Shown here: piece by piece, positions 40,886 to 50,132 of the stretch
Position numbering within the stretch: the stretch's first letter is position 1
Layout of the letters: every line of letters begins with the position of its first letter
Assembly: GCA_032128875.1 (NCBI GenBank)
Contig: JAVLKG010000002.1
Span: 768,001-832,000, forward strand
Source of the DNA: Candidatus Melainabacteria bacterium 17Bon1m
GTDB lineage: Bacteria > Cyanobacteriota > Vampirovibrionia > Obscuribacterales > Obscuribacteraceae
Length of the DNA stretch: 64,000 nucleotides
Reading direction: 5' to 3'
Translations under genes and position numbers: made by a program
Notes under the pieces: model-generated
Told to the model about the DNA's origin: nothing
The model's input: only the letters and a program-made list of their open reading frames with translations
Databases searched by the model: none

Positions 40886-40984
40886 CCGTGAAGTGCAAAT
40901 AGAGACGAGTTTATCCTAAGGTAGAGAGCAAGTGAGCGGATGTTGTTACTCAGATTGCATGCTTTAACGCTACTCTTGGGAAGC

Positions 40985-42253
40985 TCACTCAAATTCTTGC
41001 GCAAGCTGTTGAAGTTTTTCCAAATGCTGCTTTTGTGCTTCGTGAGTCCGAATTGCATATGCAATGCTTTCTTCCTTATGATTGTCAGACCTCTCCTTGG
41101 CTCTTCTTTCCCATGTATCTACAGCTTGTATTGTACGCTTCAGTAAATTGGCGAGATGCTTGTCCCGTAGTTCTTTCGAATTTTTCAAAGCGTCAAGCTG
41201 ATGTTTTATCTTGCAGTCGTCGTAATGCTCTCTTGCCGCAATGCTGACTATGGGATCTTCAGCATCGCGTTCTAACCTATAGCGAATTTGAAAAGCCCAA
41301 TCATTGTCTACACCGCATAGACTCTCGTGCGCGTCGAGATACTCAATGACGGCATCTCTCTCTCTTGCAGTCGCAAGATCTTTGGCAAGATCGAGACTTG
41401 GTCCAAACGATCTTGTCTGTGGCGTTCCAATGTCGATGGATGATAGATGCAAATGACGTTTTGCTGCGTCTATGTCACCATTCTTAAATGCGATCCGTCC
41501 AAGAACTGTATGCGCTTCATTCCACGCGTTTCCATAATTCCAATTGTCGCGATATTTCTCGCAAAGCTCGATTAGTCTGTTGGCGTATTTAGTGGCCTTT
41601 TCGAATTCTTTAGCGTCAAAGGCTCTTGAAGGCAGATCCGACATCTCACAGAAGAGATCTTCAGAGTCAGGACCTTGACAGAGTTTTTCCAACTCATCGA
41701 AAGCCTCTGATTCATGACCGTCCCAAAGCGAATATAGGTGTGATAGCCGTGACCTAAATTCTTCATTGCTGGGCGATAATTTTATCGCTGCTTTTAGGCA
41801 CTGTTCTGCTAGTTCTTTGTCCTTGATAATGAAATAGCTTGCGGCATTTGCTTGCACCTTTGCATTACGTGAATATTTCCTCAATTGATAAATCCATAAC
41901 GACTTAATCTGCTGATAGTCATCGTCCCAGCCATGTATTTGACAATAAGGAGTGCCCGCAATTGCATGTGCAGGATCGTTTTCAACCAACCACCTAATGT
42001 GGCGAAGCCTCTGAGCTTTTGCTTCTGCCCCCGGACCCCCATAGCGTCCAAGAAGAAGAATTCGCTTGTTTAGATCATGTGGATTATCTTGCAGTTGCTT
42101 TTCTATCTCTTTTGTCTCTTGGGTGGTCAGTCGCTGACCCGCCATCGCGATCTCCAAGCACCGATTGAATTGCACCGCAGGAATGAAACCTCCGAGCAAG
42201 TCTGTCGCTGAGTTTTTCAATGTGCTTCGGAGTTTACGAAAGAGATCTGACAT
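40985..42253 (-). CDS. TPR-like helical repeat protein (paralog of 38960-40021)
   Basis: RILLLGRY, WLVENDP, YGNAWNEAHTVLGRIAF, SFGPSLDLAKDL. Confidence 0.8.
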   Translation of the reverse strand: MSDLFRKLRSTLKNSATDLLGGFIPAVQFNRCLEIAMAGQRLTTQETKEIEKQLQDNPHDLNKRILLLGRYGGPGAEAKAQRLRHIRWLVENDPAHAIAGTPYCQIHGWDDDYQQIKSLWIYQLRKYSRNAKVQANAASYFIIKDKELAEQCLKAAIKLSPSNEEFRSRLSHLYSLWDGHESEAFDELEKLCQGPDSEDLFCEMSDLPSRAFDAKEFEKATKYANRLIELCEKYRDNWNYGNAWNEAHTVLGRIAFKNGDIDAAKRHLHLSSIDIGTPQTRSFGPSLDLAKDLATARERDAVIEYLDAHESLCGVDNDWAFQIRYRLERDAEDPIVSIAAREHYDDCKIKHQLDALKNSKELRDKHLANLLKRTIQAVDTWERRAKERSDNHKEESIAYAIRTHEAQKQHLEKLQQLAQEFE

Positions 42254-42404
42254 GAAAACTAGGTCCCAGCTTCTTGCAGCTTTGTGACCATTTTAACTTT
42301 TCCTGCCCGAGCCTGCTAACAAGTTCAAGACCATGGTTGTGTACCAGGTGACATTGCAACATGCATGTCGCTACATCGATGGACTTTCCCAAATATCCAC
42401 CGAC

Positions 42405-42426
42405 AAAGTTGGGATTGTTGGGACGA
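42405..42426 (+). repeat. Two GTTGGGA direct repeats just beyond the tRNA 3' end (arm-type site candidate)
   Basis: AAAGTTGGGATTGTTGGGACGA closely matches the cluster at 34930-34964. Confidence 0.6.
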
Positions 42427-42450
42427 ACTTTTTGCGATCTTGAAAAGTAT

Positions 42451-42522
42451 TGGGCGGTAAGAGACTCGAACTCCTAACCCCCTCGGTGTAAACGAGGTGC
42501 TCCACCATTGAGCTAACCGCCC
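42451..42522 (-). tRNA. tRNA-Val (anticodon TAC), CCA not encoded
   Basis: GGGCGGTTAGCTCAATGGTGGAGCACCTCGTTTACACCGAGGGGGTTAGGAGTTCGAGTCTCTTACCGCCCA. Acceptor stem GGGCGGT/ACCGCCC, anticodon loop TTTACAC, T-loop TTCGAGT. Confidence 0.97.
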
Positions 42523-42729
42523 TTGCGCTGGTAGTTTAGCACGACGGCTTTATCAAGAGCCCTGCTGGGCGCCCCTTGTTGCAACGAATGAAGAAAATTT
42601 GCCGATTTTGCCCGTTTTTCAGGCTCAGCATCGGTTTACAGTTCTTTCAAATGTTCCAGGGTTTTTCCTGTTTACAACCCTCCGTCAGATTCGGACAATT
42701 GGGTTTCTGATTTTGCCGGTCGTTAAAAC

Positions 42730-43206
42730 ATGAACAAATCCGCCCTATCGGTTCTGCTGTCGGTTGTCTATTTCCTTATTGCAACGATTGCTGTGCTTCA
42801 GTTCCATCCAGCGAACTGGATTGTGTGCATCTTCAAGCCGGTCCTCTTTCTTGCTTGCTTTGCAATAACGTTGTTCGGGCTTTGTGCTTTTATCCATCCC
42901 GAATCAAAGAATGTTAGTGGCTCGCCGTATCTCAGTCCTCGCACCTCCAAATCTGTCAGGTTAGTAGGTTATTTGCTGACTCTGCCGATGATTCTGTATG
43001 GAATCTGTGGGGAAGTATTCGCCGCCCCGGTGAGTACTTCCGCTGCCTGGTGCAACACCGTGTTTGCCTATGCAGATTTGAAAACAAAACTGGAAGGCAT
43101 GGGAGAGAACCAAAAGTATCTACGTCGAGTTTCTCGCGCGCTCGTTAAAGCGGGAGCAAAGTTTGGACCTGGAAGCAAATCTAAATGGGCAACTGAAGAC
43201 AACTAG
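42730..43206 (+). CDS. Membrane hypothetical protein (paralog of the N-terminus of 43274-44665)
   Basis: Three TM helices; LQFHP and LLTLPMILY..GE. Confidence 0.65.
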   Translation: MNKSALSVLLSVVYFLIATIAVLQFHPANWIVCIFKPVLFLACFAITLFGLCAFIHPESKNVSGSPYLSPRTSKSVRLVGYLLTLPMILYGICGEVFAAPVSTSAAWCNTVFAYADLKTKLEGMGENQKYLRRVSRALVKAGAKFGPGSKSKWATEDN

Positions 43207-43273
43207 TTAGGCGCACTATTTAGTCTAAGTCTTCTGTTCGCTCTTTCGTTTATAGCCTCGCTCATGGTGGCTG

Positions 43274-44665
43274 ATGATTGATATAAACTCAATTGCTAAG
43301 GGTGCGAAAATTCAACGCCGGATCATTTGGTTTGGCAGTACTGAATTTTTGCTGGCGACGCTGGCTCTGTTTCAAATCCATCCGCAAAATCCATTGCATG
43401 ATGGAATCCGCATTCTTGCGATGTTTATTTTTGGATTTACTTCGTCTTTTGGATATCGACTGCTTTTAACCAAAGGCGCCATCAACGAAAACTCAAACGT
43501 CCCTGTGCTGCAATCGCCTACGCGCGAACTCTTGCGAATTGGAGTTTCGCTAATTACGCTGCCGGCGATTATTTATGTAGGCTGGGGCGAATTTCTTGTC
43601 GCGATGGATTCGCAATTTTGCAAATCATACGTGAACAAAGTCATTGAGTACTCTGGATACAAACGTCAGTTTGAGGGTGAAAAAGCTGCTGATGCATTTG
43701 TGTTGCGAGCGGCGCAAGCAGAAGGTCGGCGCGCAGAACACTTTGAATTGACACATCAGCGTTCGATCCCGAATTACGAAACGTATGTAGAACTAATGAG
43801 GCGCTATACAAAGAATCCAAATTTTGGATTAGGTGTGATTGCCAGAATTTACGACAAATATGGTGACACACAGAAAGCTGAAAATCTCTATTCCGAGAAC
43901 CACTACCGGTATCACGTTTCAACACCGCAAACACCATCTGAATTTGCACTTCTTGAAGCACGCTTGCTCGATGTTTTGAGATACATACCTGAGAAAGAGG
44001 CGATGCAGAAGGTTTGGTGGATGCCGAAAGTAATCGTTGACAAAAATGCATCTGCGCTAAAACTCGGCCAAACGTGGCTGTCTTTCGACTTCCGCTCGAA
44101 CATCTATGATCTGAGGGGGGTGGATCGTCCGATTGGATTCGAAGAGAATCGTGATTTTCCAATTATGAGTAAAGAAGATGTGGAATGGTTGCTTGCCACC
44201 ATTGGAAAGGAGGGTGTAGCGAAGAATCTTCCGAGCCTTTTGCCATTGTGTCCCGAATGGAAAACGTCGGACTATGTGTTCGAATACGGTGTGATACCAC
44301 CGATTGCTTTTGACGCTCAACGACTTCCTGATGTTTTTTTGAACAGGAATAAGGAGAATAAGGCACCACTATCGTGGCGTGTTCCTCAATCGTTGGCTGC
44401 AAGTTTGCCGCATGAAGAAGTGATTATGCCGAGTAGTGAATGTAAAAGGCTTTTTGCGCTCGCTGGAGATCCTGATGGATTCCAGCAAAGAATCGATGAA
44501 GGTCATATCTACTTTCTTGACCGCCCGATTACATATGAAGAAGCGAAGTTATCCGAGCGTGCGTACTATAAAAAGGTAATTCGTTTGAGTTCGAATGACT
44601 CACTTGCGAATTCGAATGGAGCGCGTGCGATTTCAAAAGAGACTGGTGCGAATTCGACGAAGTGA
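43274..44665 (+). CDS. Membrane-anchored hypothetical protein
   Basis: Three N-terminal TMs (FQIHP, LITLPAIIY..GE), then a soluble domain with a TPR-like helix. Confidence 0.7.
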   Translation: MIDINSIAKGAKIQRRIIWFGSTEFLLATLALFQIHPQNPLHDGIRILAMFIFGFTSSFGYRLLLTKGAINENSNVPVLQSPTRELLRIGVSLITLPAIIYVGWGEFLVAMDSQFCKSYVNKVIEYSGYKRQFEGEKAADAFVLRAAQAEGRRAEHFELTHQRSIPNYETYVELMRRYTKNPNFGLGVIARIYDKYGDTQKAENLYSENHYRYHVSTPQTPSEFALLEARLLDVLRYIPEKEAMQKVWWMPKVIVDKNASALKLGQTWLSFDFRSNIYDLRGVDRPIGFEENRDFPIMSKEDVEWLLATIGKEGVAKNLPSLLPLCPEWKTSDYVFEYGVIPPIAFDAQRLPDVFLNRNKENKAPLSWRVPQSLAASLPHEEVIMPSSECKRLFALAGDPDGFQQRIDEGHIYFLDRPITYEEAKLSERAYYKKVIRLSSNDSLANSNGARAISKETGANSTK

Positions 44666-44918
44666 ATTGAATCTATGCGCGAATTCTGCTGCGCGTCATA
44701 CATATAAATAGATGCCTCTGTAGTGAATTCGTGTTGTCAAGCAGTGGTTTAATGCGGCTTCGGATAAAAACTCTTGTTTTCCGGGCACATTAGTAGGGCG
44801 GGACCTTATGTCCGGTTTCTAAAAACCCATCGTCATCGTGCTCGACGCGCGGGGATATGGTATCGGCTCACGCACATCTAGGGGGGCTTCTAGTTCGCTG
44901 GAAGCAAAGGTAAACAAT

Positions 44919-45929
44919 ATGGCTAACGAGACATTTGACTACGATGATTTCGAATTGAGCACGAACGGCGAAGCGAGTTCTGGAGGCACAGCCACTATGA
45001 CTGCCGATCCTGATCAAGATCTTGATTTGGAAACCAGCTCCGATGAAGTCGGAACTGCGCTTTCCATGCTAATTAGAGAATCAACGGAAGCCGCACAGCA
45101 AGCTCAAGCGCAAGCTGAAGCACAGGCTGCGGCAACATATGAAGAATCGGCCGACGCGAATTATGACGAGCCCGAGTTCGATACTCTGGGCACCGAAGCA
45201 ATTAATTATGGTACTTCTGCGGCAGAAGAAATGGAGCAGACTCCGGAAGTGACTCCTGGATATCCGCCAGCAGAAGGCATGTACATGTCTAATAACATCG
45301 CAGCGCTTATGACACCCGAACCGGTTGCACAAGCTCCTGTGGTTCCTCAAATAGCTCCAGCACCGGCTCTTGCACCAGTTGCAAGTGCTCCGGCACCGGC
45401 GCCTGTTCCGACCCCAACACCCACACCCACAGTTCAACCCGCTCCCTCTCCCGTTCTTGCACAAGCAGCTCCTACTCCCGCTGCAATCTCGCCCTCTCCT
45501 TCCCCTGCACCTGCACCGGCACCTACCCCAGCACCAGCTTTGGCGCCGGCTCCGACTCCAGCTCCAGCACCGGTTGCTGCAGCTCCAGCTCCAGCACCCA
45601 CGGTCACCCCAGCACCCACCCCAACACCGGTCAGGAATATGCAAACACTAGAACACATGCAGACAGCAGCCCAAGCTAATCACCTTTATAAAGCGAGTGA
45701 ATTCATTCGCAACTGGGTGTTGGCAAATCCCGATGATGACCAGGTGTTGCAAGCGGGCTTCAATTGGGTCCAAAAGCATGAAGGATCAGAGCACATAGGC
45801 TCAGCCATCAAAGGTTTGCTCGAGGTTGGATATAACCAACCAGTGTTCACACTCATTACCGTTCGTTGGTTGACAGACTACTCTGAGCACAATCTCGCTC
45901 CTCAAATTGTTCAGTTATTGAGTCTCTAA
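44919..45929 (+). CDS. Hypothetical protein with acidic N-terminus, Pro/Ala/Thr linker and helical C-domain
   Basis: RBS AAGG before ATG 44919; (AP/TP)n tract at about 45310-45630. Confidence 0.75.
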   Translation: MANETFDYDDFELSTNGEASSGGTATMTADPDQDLDLETSSDEVGTALSMLIRESTEAAQQAQAQAEAQAAATYEESADANYDEPEFDTLGTEAINYGTSAAEEMEQTPEVTPGYPPAEGMYMSNNIAALMTPEPVAQAPVVPQIAPAPALAPVASAPAPAPVPTPTPTPTVQPAPSPVLAQAAPTPAAISPSPSPAPAPAPTPAPALAPAPTPAPAPVAAAPAPAPTVTPAPTPTPVRNMQTLEHMQTAAQANHLYKASEFIRNWVLANPDDDQVLQAGFNWVQKHEGSEHIGSAIKGLLEVGYNQPVFTLITVRWLTDYSEHNLAPQIVQLLSL

Positions 45930-45949
45930 GCTCTCTTCTGATTAAACTT

Positions 45950-45987
45950 AAACGACGACGTCCCCTTACCTTGACGTCGTCGTTTTT
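45950..45987 (+). terminator. Intrinsic terminator
   Basis: AAACGACGACGTC...GACGTCGTCGTTTTT. Confidence 0.7.
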
Positions 45988-46173
45988 GCATGGCAAGATT
46001 TTAGTAGTGAAAACGGTTTTCATTTGCCCACACGGGTGGCGAAAACTGTAATTTGTTGCCTGGCTTGGGTTTGCTGGCATTTTTTTGCTTGCTCACCCAC
46101 CCGATTTAGAAGGTTAATGGTTAACCATTTACCTTCCAGTCAAGGGGTTCGATTGAACGGGAGAGTTGCAAGT

Positions 46174-46572
46174 ATGTCTTTTCGATATATAAAGGCTATC
46201 TCTTTGATGTCCGCGGTATGTCTTTTGGTGTTTGCTTCGCTTTCTACTGTTCGCCCTGTTTTGGCATCTCAACTTTTCAAGATCGGCACTTCTGAAGTTG
46301 CGATATACGCAGACGCGCTTGCAGTCGAGTGTCCGCAACCGGAAATTCCGCCCAGCCTCCATGAAGAGTGCTACAAATCCTGCTGCCTGGCTCGTTTTTG
46401 TATCAATCATGAAGGCAAACACGAAGTCTCACTCATCTCATCGTCAGGCTCTGACGAGGTCGACGAAATCGCGCTCTCAACTTTGCGCCGCTGGAAGTTC
46501 AAGCCTGCTATGCTAAATGGCAAGCCAGTTCAGTCGGTGAGAAAGATAAGAGTCGAGTTCGAGGTTGAATGA
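46174..46572 (+). CDS. Short energy transducer TonB (C-terminal domain) protein
   Basis: SSGSDEVDEIALSTLRRWKFKPAMLNGKPV; stop overlaps the start of the Fur-family gene. Confidence 0.82.
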   Translation: MSFRYIKAISLMSAVCLLVFASLSTVRPVLASQLFKIGTSEVAIYADALAVECPQPEIPPSLHEECYKSCCLARFCINHEGKHEVSLISSSGSDEVDEIALSTLRRWKFKPAMLNGKPVQSVRKIRVEFEVE

Positions 46573-47027
46573 ACGTTCAAAGTTCGCACGGGCATAGTCA
46601 TAACAAAGGTGCGCAAAGTCTGAGGCTAACAAAGGGAGCGAAGAAGGTTCTCGAGGTTCTAGAACGCACAGACGAATTAAGCAGTGCGCAAGATATCCAC
46701 AGCGCCTTGCGTAATGAAGAAGACAGCCCGCCTGGATTGACGACGGTTTATAGATCTCTTGAATCACTCGTACAACTGGGACTGGTTCAGTCTGTCGATT
46801 TTGGTGACGGCGAACGTCGATATGAGATGGTAAAACCAGGGGAGCATCATCATCACCTGGTTTGCGAGAAATGCCGCAACAGTGTGCACCTTGATCAGTG
46901 TCTTGTTCAGCAACTGGAAGAGTCTATTCAAGCCAAATACAAGTTCGAAGTTCGCGGTCATATCTTGGAGATCTTCGGACTTTGTGAACAGTGTCAGCAG
47001 GCGATGGCTCCTGCCGGCAAGAAATAG
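46569..47027 (+). CDS. Fur-family metalloregulator, probably Zur
   Basis: GLTTVYRSL, HHHHLVCEKC, C-terminal CEQC, His-rich N-terminus. Confidence 0.9.
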   Translation: MNVQSSHGHSHNKGAQSLRLTKGAKKVLEVLERTDELSSAQDIHSALRNEEDSPPGLTTVYRSLESLVQLGLVQSVDFGDGERRYEMVKPGEHHHHLVCEKCRNSVHLDQCLVQQLEESIQAKYKFEVRGHILEIFGLCEQCQQAMAPAGKK

Positions 47028-47052
47028 AAGGGCTCTGAAATTTATAGAAGCT

Positions 47053-47079
47053 AAGCCTGCCAAGTTGGCAGGCTTTCTT
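47053..47079 (+). terminator. Intrinsic terminator
   Basis: AAGCCTGCCAA-G-TTGGCAGGCTTTCTT inverted repeat after the Fur-family gene. Confidence 0.7.
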
Positions 47080-47095
47080 ATAGCTGTCTAATCAA

Positions 47096-47116
47096 AAATG
47101 AAAACGATTTCCATTT
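47096..47116. promoter_or_regulatory. Fur/Zur-type operator
   Basis: Imperfect palindrome AAATGAAAACGATTTCCATTT upstream of the TonB-dependent receptor. Confidence 0.7.
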
Positions 47117-47249
47117 ACAAAATCGGTCAGGTATCGTTCAATGTATTCAGTGCAAAAGCCGCCGGAAGTATTCGCTGCTTTTAGCTTTGCGCTGTCCACA
47201 ACCGCGGCACCCTCCGTTCTACTCCCGGTAACCCAGAAAGGATGCAGTC

Positions 47250-49991
47250 ATGTCTGCATTTCTCGTTTTTGCGCGCACCTCTGCCCTCACGCTCGTTGCG
47301 CTTAGCACGATAAGCTTTCCTGCTTACGCTCAGGCAGACGCGCCGGTATTGCGCGACACTCCGATTCCGCCTCCTGCGACCCAAGCGCCAGCTGCATCGC
47401 CGACGGTCACTCCAGCTGCATCGCGGGCTGACGCTCCGGCTGAGGCACCTGCGAAATCAACACAGTCTGCACCATCTTCTAAGTCTTCATCTATTGCTCC
47501 TGAAGTAATTGTCGAACCTCCGGCGAAAGGCAAGAGCACCATATACGGTGTGGTCAAAGATGACGCGACACGCAAGCCTCTTGGAAAAGTGCGCATTGTT
47601 TTGGCAGGCAAAGACGAAGAACACAAACGCCACCATTTAGAAACCGGCCCCGATGGCACCTATTCATTTAGAGACATAGATCCAGGCAGCTGGACTCTCA
47701 CCTTTTCGCACAATGAAATGTTGTCGCACACCGAAGAGATAACGATTGCGGCTGATCAATCTAAAGGCGTCAACATTGTTCTTGAAGATTTAGAGCCCGT
47801 TGACGTTATGCGTGTCACCGGCAAACGTACACTTATCCATCCGGAGAAAATCGGCAGTTCCACAACCATTCCCCGCCGAGTACTGGAAGAGTATCGCTCC
47901 GGCAATGATTTGCGCCAATTGGTCGAGAGCACACCAGGCGTCATTGCAGACACTTACGGCAATATAATCACGCGCGGTGAACACAATTCGATCAACTACG
48001 AATTAGATGGCGTTGTGCTTCCGGAAGCCGCTGGAGTTCTCCAGCAATCGCAACCCGCGACGCCACGCTCTCTGCAGTCCATGCAAGTTGACATTGGTGG
48101 CTACGAAGCACATGACGGCGGTGGACCGCTCGGCGCTATCGTCCGCATGAAGTCGAGAAATATCGAAGCAAAGCCGAAATTATTGGTTGGTGGTCAAATT
48201 GGCGGACCAATGGCCGGCAATGTCTACTACGACACTACAGGAGCATTCAGTGCCGATCCTCGCAGTAAGTTGCATCGTCTGCGCTGGGAATCGTCCGGTC
48301 AATTCATTGGCACGTCTTATCGTTTGGTTCCATATACAAAACAGTATTCGTTTAACCAGGGTATGGACATCAATACGCTCTCGAAGCTTGAGTACAAGCC
48401 AAACGAGCGAGATACCTTCCGTTTGACTGCGGGGATCAACCAGAGTTTTATGCGCGTTCCGCTGCCTCAAACTTCTGCTTCGCTCGGCGTGAAACAGAAG
48501 CAAACGGACATGCAAAACTTCATTATTGCTGCGTGGCGCCGCACTGGCCGTCGTTTTTACGATGAAGCCAATATTGCATTGACTAACGCTTTTTACAGAG
48601 AGACATTTGCAAGTCGCGGGCTCGCTTTCGATCCTCTGCCGGTTGTTAATGGTGAGGAGCCGGCAATCAACAGCGTTCAGCCTACCGCAAAGCGATTTAA
48701 CTATGTTTTCTCCGCGCAAGGAAATCTCAAAAAGGCGGTAAAAACTCATCATCTTGAAACCGGTTTTTACTCGGAAATTCGTCCTGTGCAAACAAGCTAC
48801 GGAGCGATTTATAGAAACGCTAATCTGCTCGCTTCAGCCCAATCGGATGGCGCTTTGCCTTATGGCGCGGTCATCAATCCATTTACTTTCGAGGTTGGCG
48901 GGCCCAATATTACCGGCGGTATCACGAAGTTTAACGGCTTTCGTTATCTTCAAAGCGGTTGGTTCCAAGATGCGTGGAAGCCGAAAGAAGGTTTTCTCAA
49001 GCGACTAACAGTCAACGCTGGCGTTCGTGCCGATGTTTATCATGGAGTTTTCGGCAACACAATGAAAGTTGCTGAGACCATGCTGACTGTCCCTGGTGTC
49101 GAACCGTTCGACTTAAACCCATTCAAAAGACAAACAGTGACTGATGCTCAGGCGAGTGGACGATTTGGCGCATCATTTGTAATAACACCAAATGCGGTGC
49201 TGAGAGGTTCATTCTCTAACATCTTCACGCCTCCTCCCGTAGATGTTTTCGTCACTGCTCCGATCATCGCTGATGGACAAACCAATGGCATCTACAACGG
49301 TACAATCCGCCCGCTGAGAGCGACGCGCGGAAATCTGGTCGACGTCAGTTTGGAAAACCAATTTGGACCAAGACTTGTCACCAGAACTAACCTGTATTAC
49401 AAGAAACTGAACAACTTCGGTGATTCAGGCGTCATTCAGAACACGCCGCTATACAACCGTCTTCAACTTTCTGCGCAAGAATCATACGGCGTGGAATCTA
49501 GGCTGGAACTCAAGCCCGCCCGTGACGGATATGGCTTCAACGGCTTTGTGTCGAGCACAGTTCAAGTCGCTTACTTGCGAGGAAGCGGCGCTGTGACGGG
49601 TGGAATTTATGAATTCGAGGAAGGTCCGCGCGCCAAATATCCCGACCATGACCGGCGTTATTCATTGACGGCAGCATATGGCTATCGCTCAAAGCGCGGC
49701 TGGTGGGTGCTTGCGGACGTGCAAACACTTTCGGGTCTGCCCAATCGCCTTGACCCTGAATTGTTCGGTCCGCAACCGAAACGCACACCTCGCATCACTC
49801 TTCTGGGTTTGAGCACGGGCTATAACACGCCAAAATCAGTGCGCGTTAATCGTTTAATCCCTTCTAGTTTTGACGTTAGAATCGACAACATCCTTAATGA
49901 ACGCAAGCCGACAAACCTCGGTAGTCCATTCCAGGGAACGCGCTTCCTGCTACCGTTTCGGCTACTTTGCGGTGCAAACTGGCAGGTCTGA
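47250..49991 (+). CDS. TonB-dependent receptor with carboxypeptidase-regulatory-like N-domain
   Basis: Signal peptide; IYGVVKDDAT...TGPDGTYSF; plug motifs TPGV, TRG, DGV; barrel end RIDNILN...NWQV. Confidence 0.88.
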   Translation: MSAFLVFARTSALTLVALSTISFPAYAQADAPVLRDTPIPPPATQAPAASPTVTPAASRADAPAEAPAKSTQSAPSSKSSSIAPEVIVEPPAKGKSTIYGVVKDDATRKPLGKVRIVLAGKDEEHKRHHLETGPDGTYSFRDIDPGSWTLTFSHNEMLSHTEEITIAADQSKGVNIVLEDLEPVDVMRVTGKRTLIHPEKIGSSTTIPRRVLEEYRSGNDLRQLVESTPGVIADTYGNIITRGEHNSINYELDGVVLPEAAGVLQQSQPATPRSLQSMQVDIGGYEAHDGGGPLGAIVRMKSRNIEAKPKLLVGGQIGGPMAGNVYYDTTGAFSADPRSKLHRLRWESSGQFIGTSYRLVPYTKQYSFNQGMDINTLSKLEYKPNERDTFRLTAGINQSFMRVPLPQTSASLGVKQKQTDMQNFIIAAWRRTGRRFYDEANIALTNAFYRETFASRGLAFDPLPVVNGEEPAINSVQPTAKRFNYVFSAQGNLKKAVKTHHLETGFYSEIRPVQTSYGAIYRNANLLASAQSDGALPYGAVINPFTFEVGGPNITGGITKFNGFRYLQSGWFQDAWKPKEGFLKRLTVNAGVRADVYHGVFGNTMKVAETMLTVPGVEPFDLNPFKRQTVTDAQASGRFGASFVITPNAVLRGSFSNIFTPPPVDVFVTAPIIADGQTNGIYNGTIRPLRATRGNLVDVSLENQFGPRLVTRTNLYYKKLNNFGDSGVIQNTPLYNRLQLSAQESYGVESRLELKPARDGYGFNGFVSSTVQVAYLRGSGAVTGGIYEFEEGPRAKYPDHDRRYSLTAAYGYRSKRGWWVLADVQTLSGLPNRLDPELFGPQPKRTPRITLLGLSTGYNTPKSVRVNRLIPSSFDVRIDNILNERKPTNLGSPFQGTRFLLPFRLLCGANWQV

Positions 49992-50016
49992 AAACCTGAT
50001 GATAAGATAGAAATAC

Positions 50017-50036
50017 AAATGAATATCGTTTTCATC
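50017..50036. promoter_or_regulatory. Second Fur/Zur-type operator
   Basis: AAATGAATATCGTTTTCATC is a near reverse complement of the 47096 box. Confidence 0.7.
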
Positions 50037-50132
50037 TGGCAGAATGCAGAAGTAACAGGTGTTTTGAGCTGCGGGTAATCTGAAATCTCTGATCCGGCAC
50101 AGCGCGAAAAGTCAGCCCTGGAGGGTAAAGAG

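Larger units (their letters stand above)
30601..42450. mobile_element. Decayed tRNA-Val-associated genomic island (left boundary approximate)
   Basis: Integrase remnant at one end, tRNA 3' end at the other, shared repeats, short orphan genes and pseudogenes. Confidence 0.55.

Noticed and set aside
33213-42400. Integron cassette array
   Set aside because: I could not find recurring attC-type RYYYAAC...GTTRRRY palindromes between genes, orientations alternate, and no IntI is present.
44780-44915. Riboswitch in the leader of the 44919 gene
   Set aside because: It is GC-rich and possibly structured, but I could not match any known aptamer consensus.
45081-45658. Cys/Arg/Trp-rich and Gly/Ala-rich ORFs on alternative frames
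   Set aside because: These are shadows of the Pro/Ala repeat in the real + strand gene.
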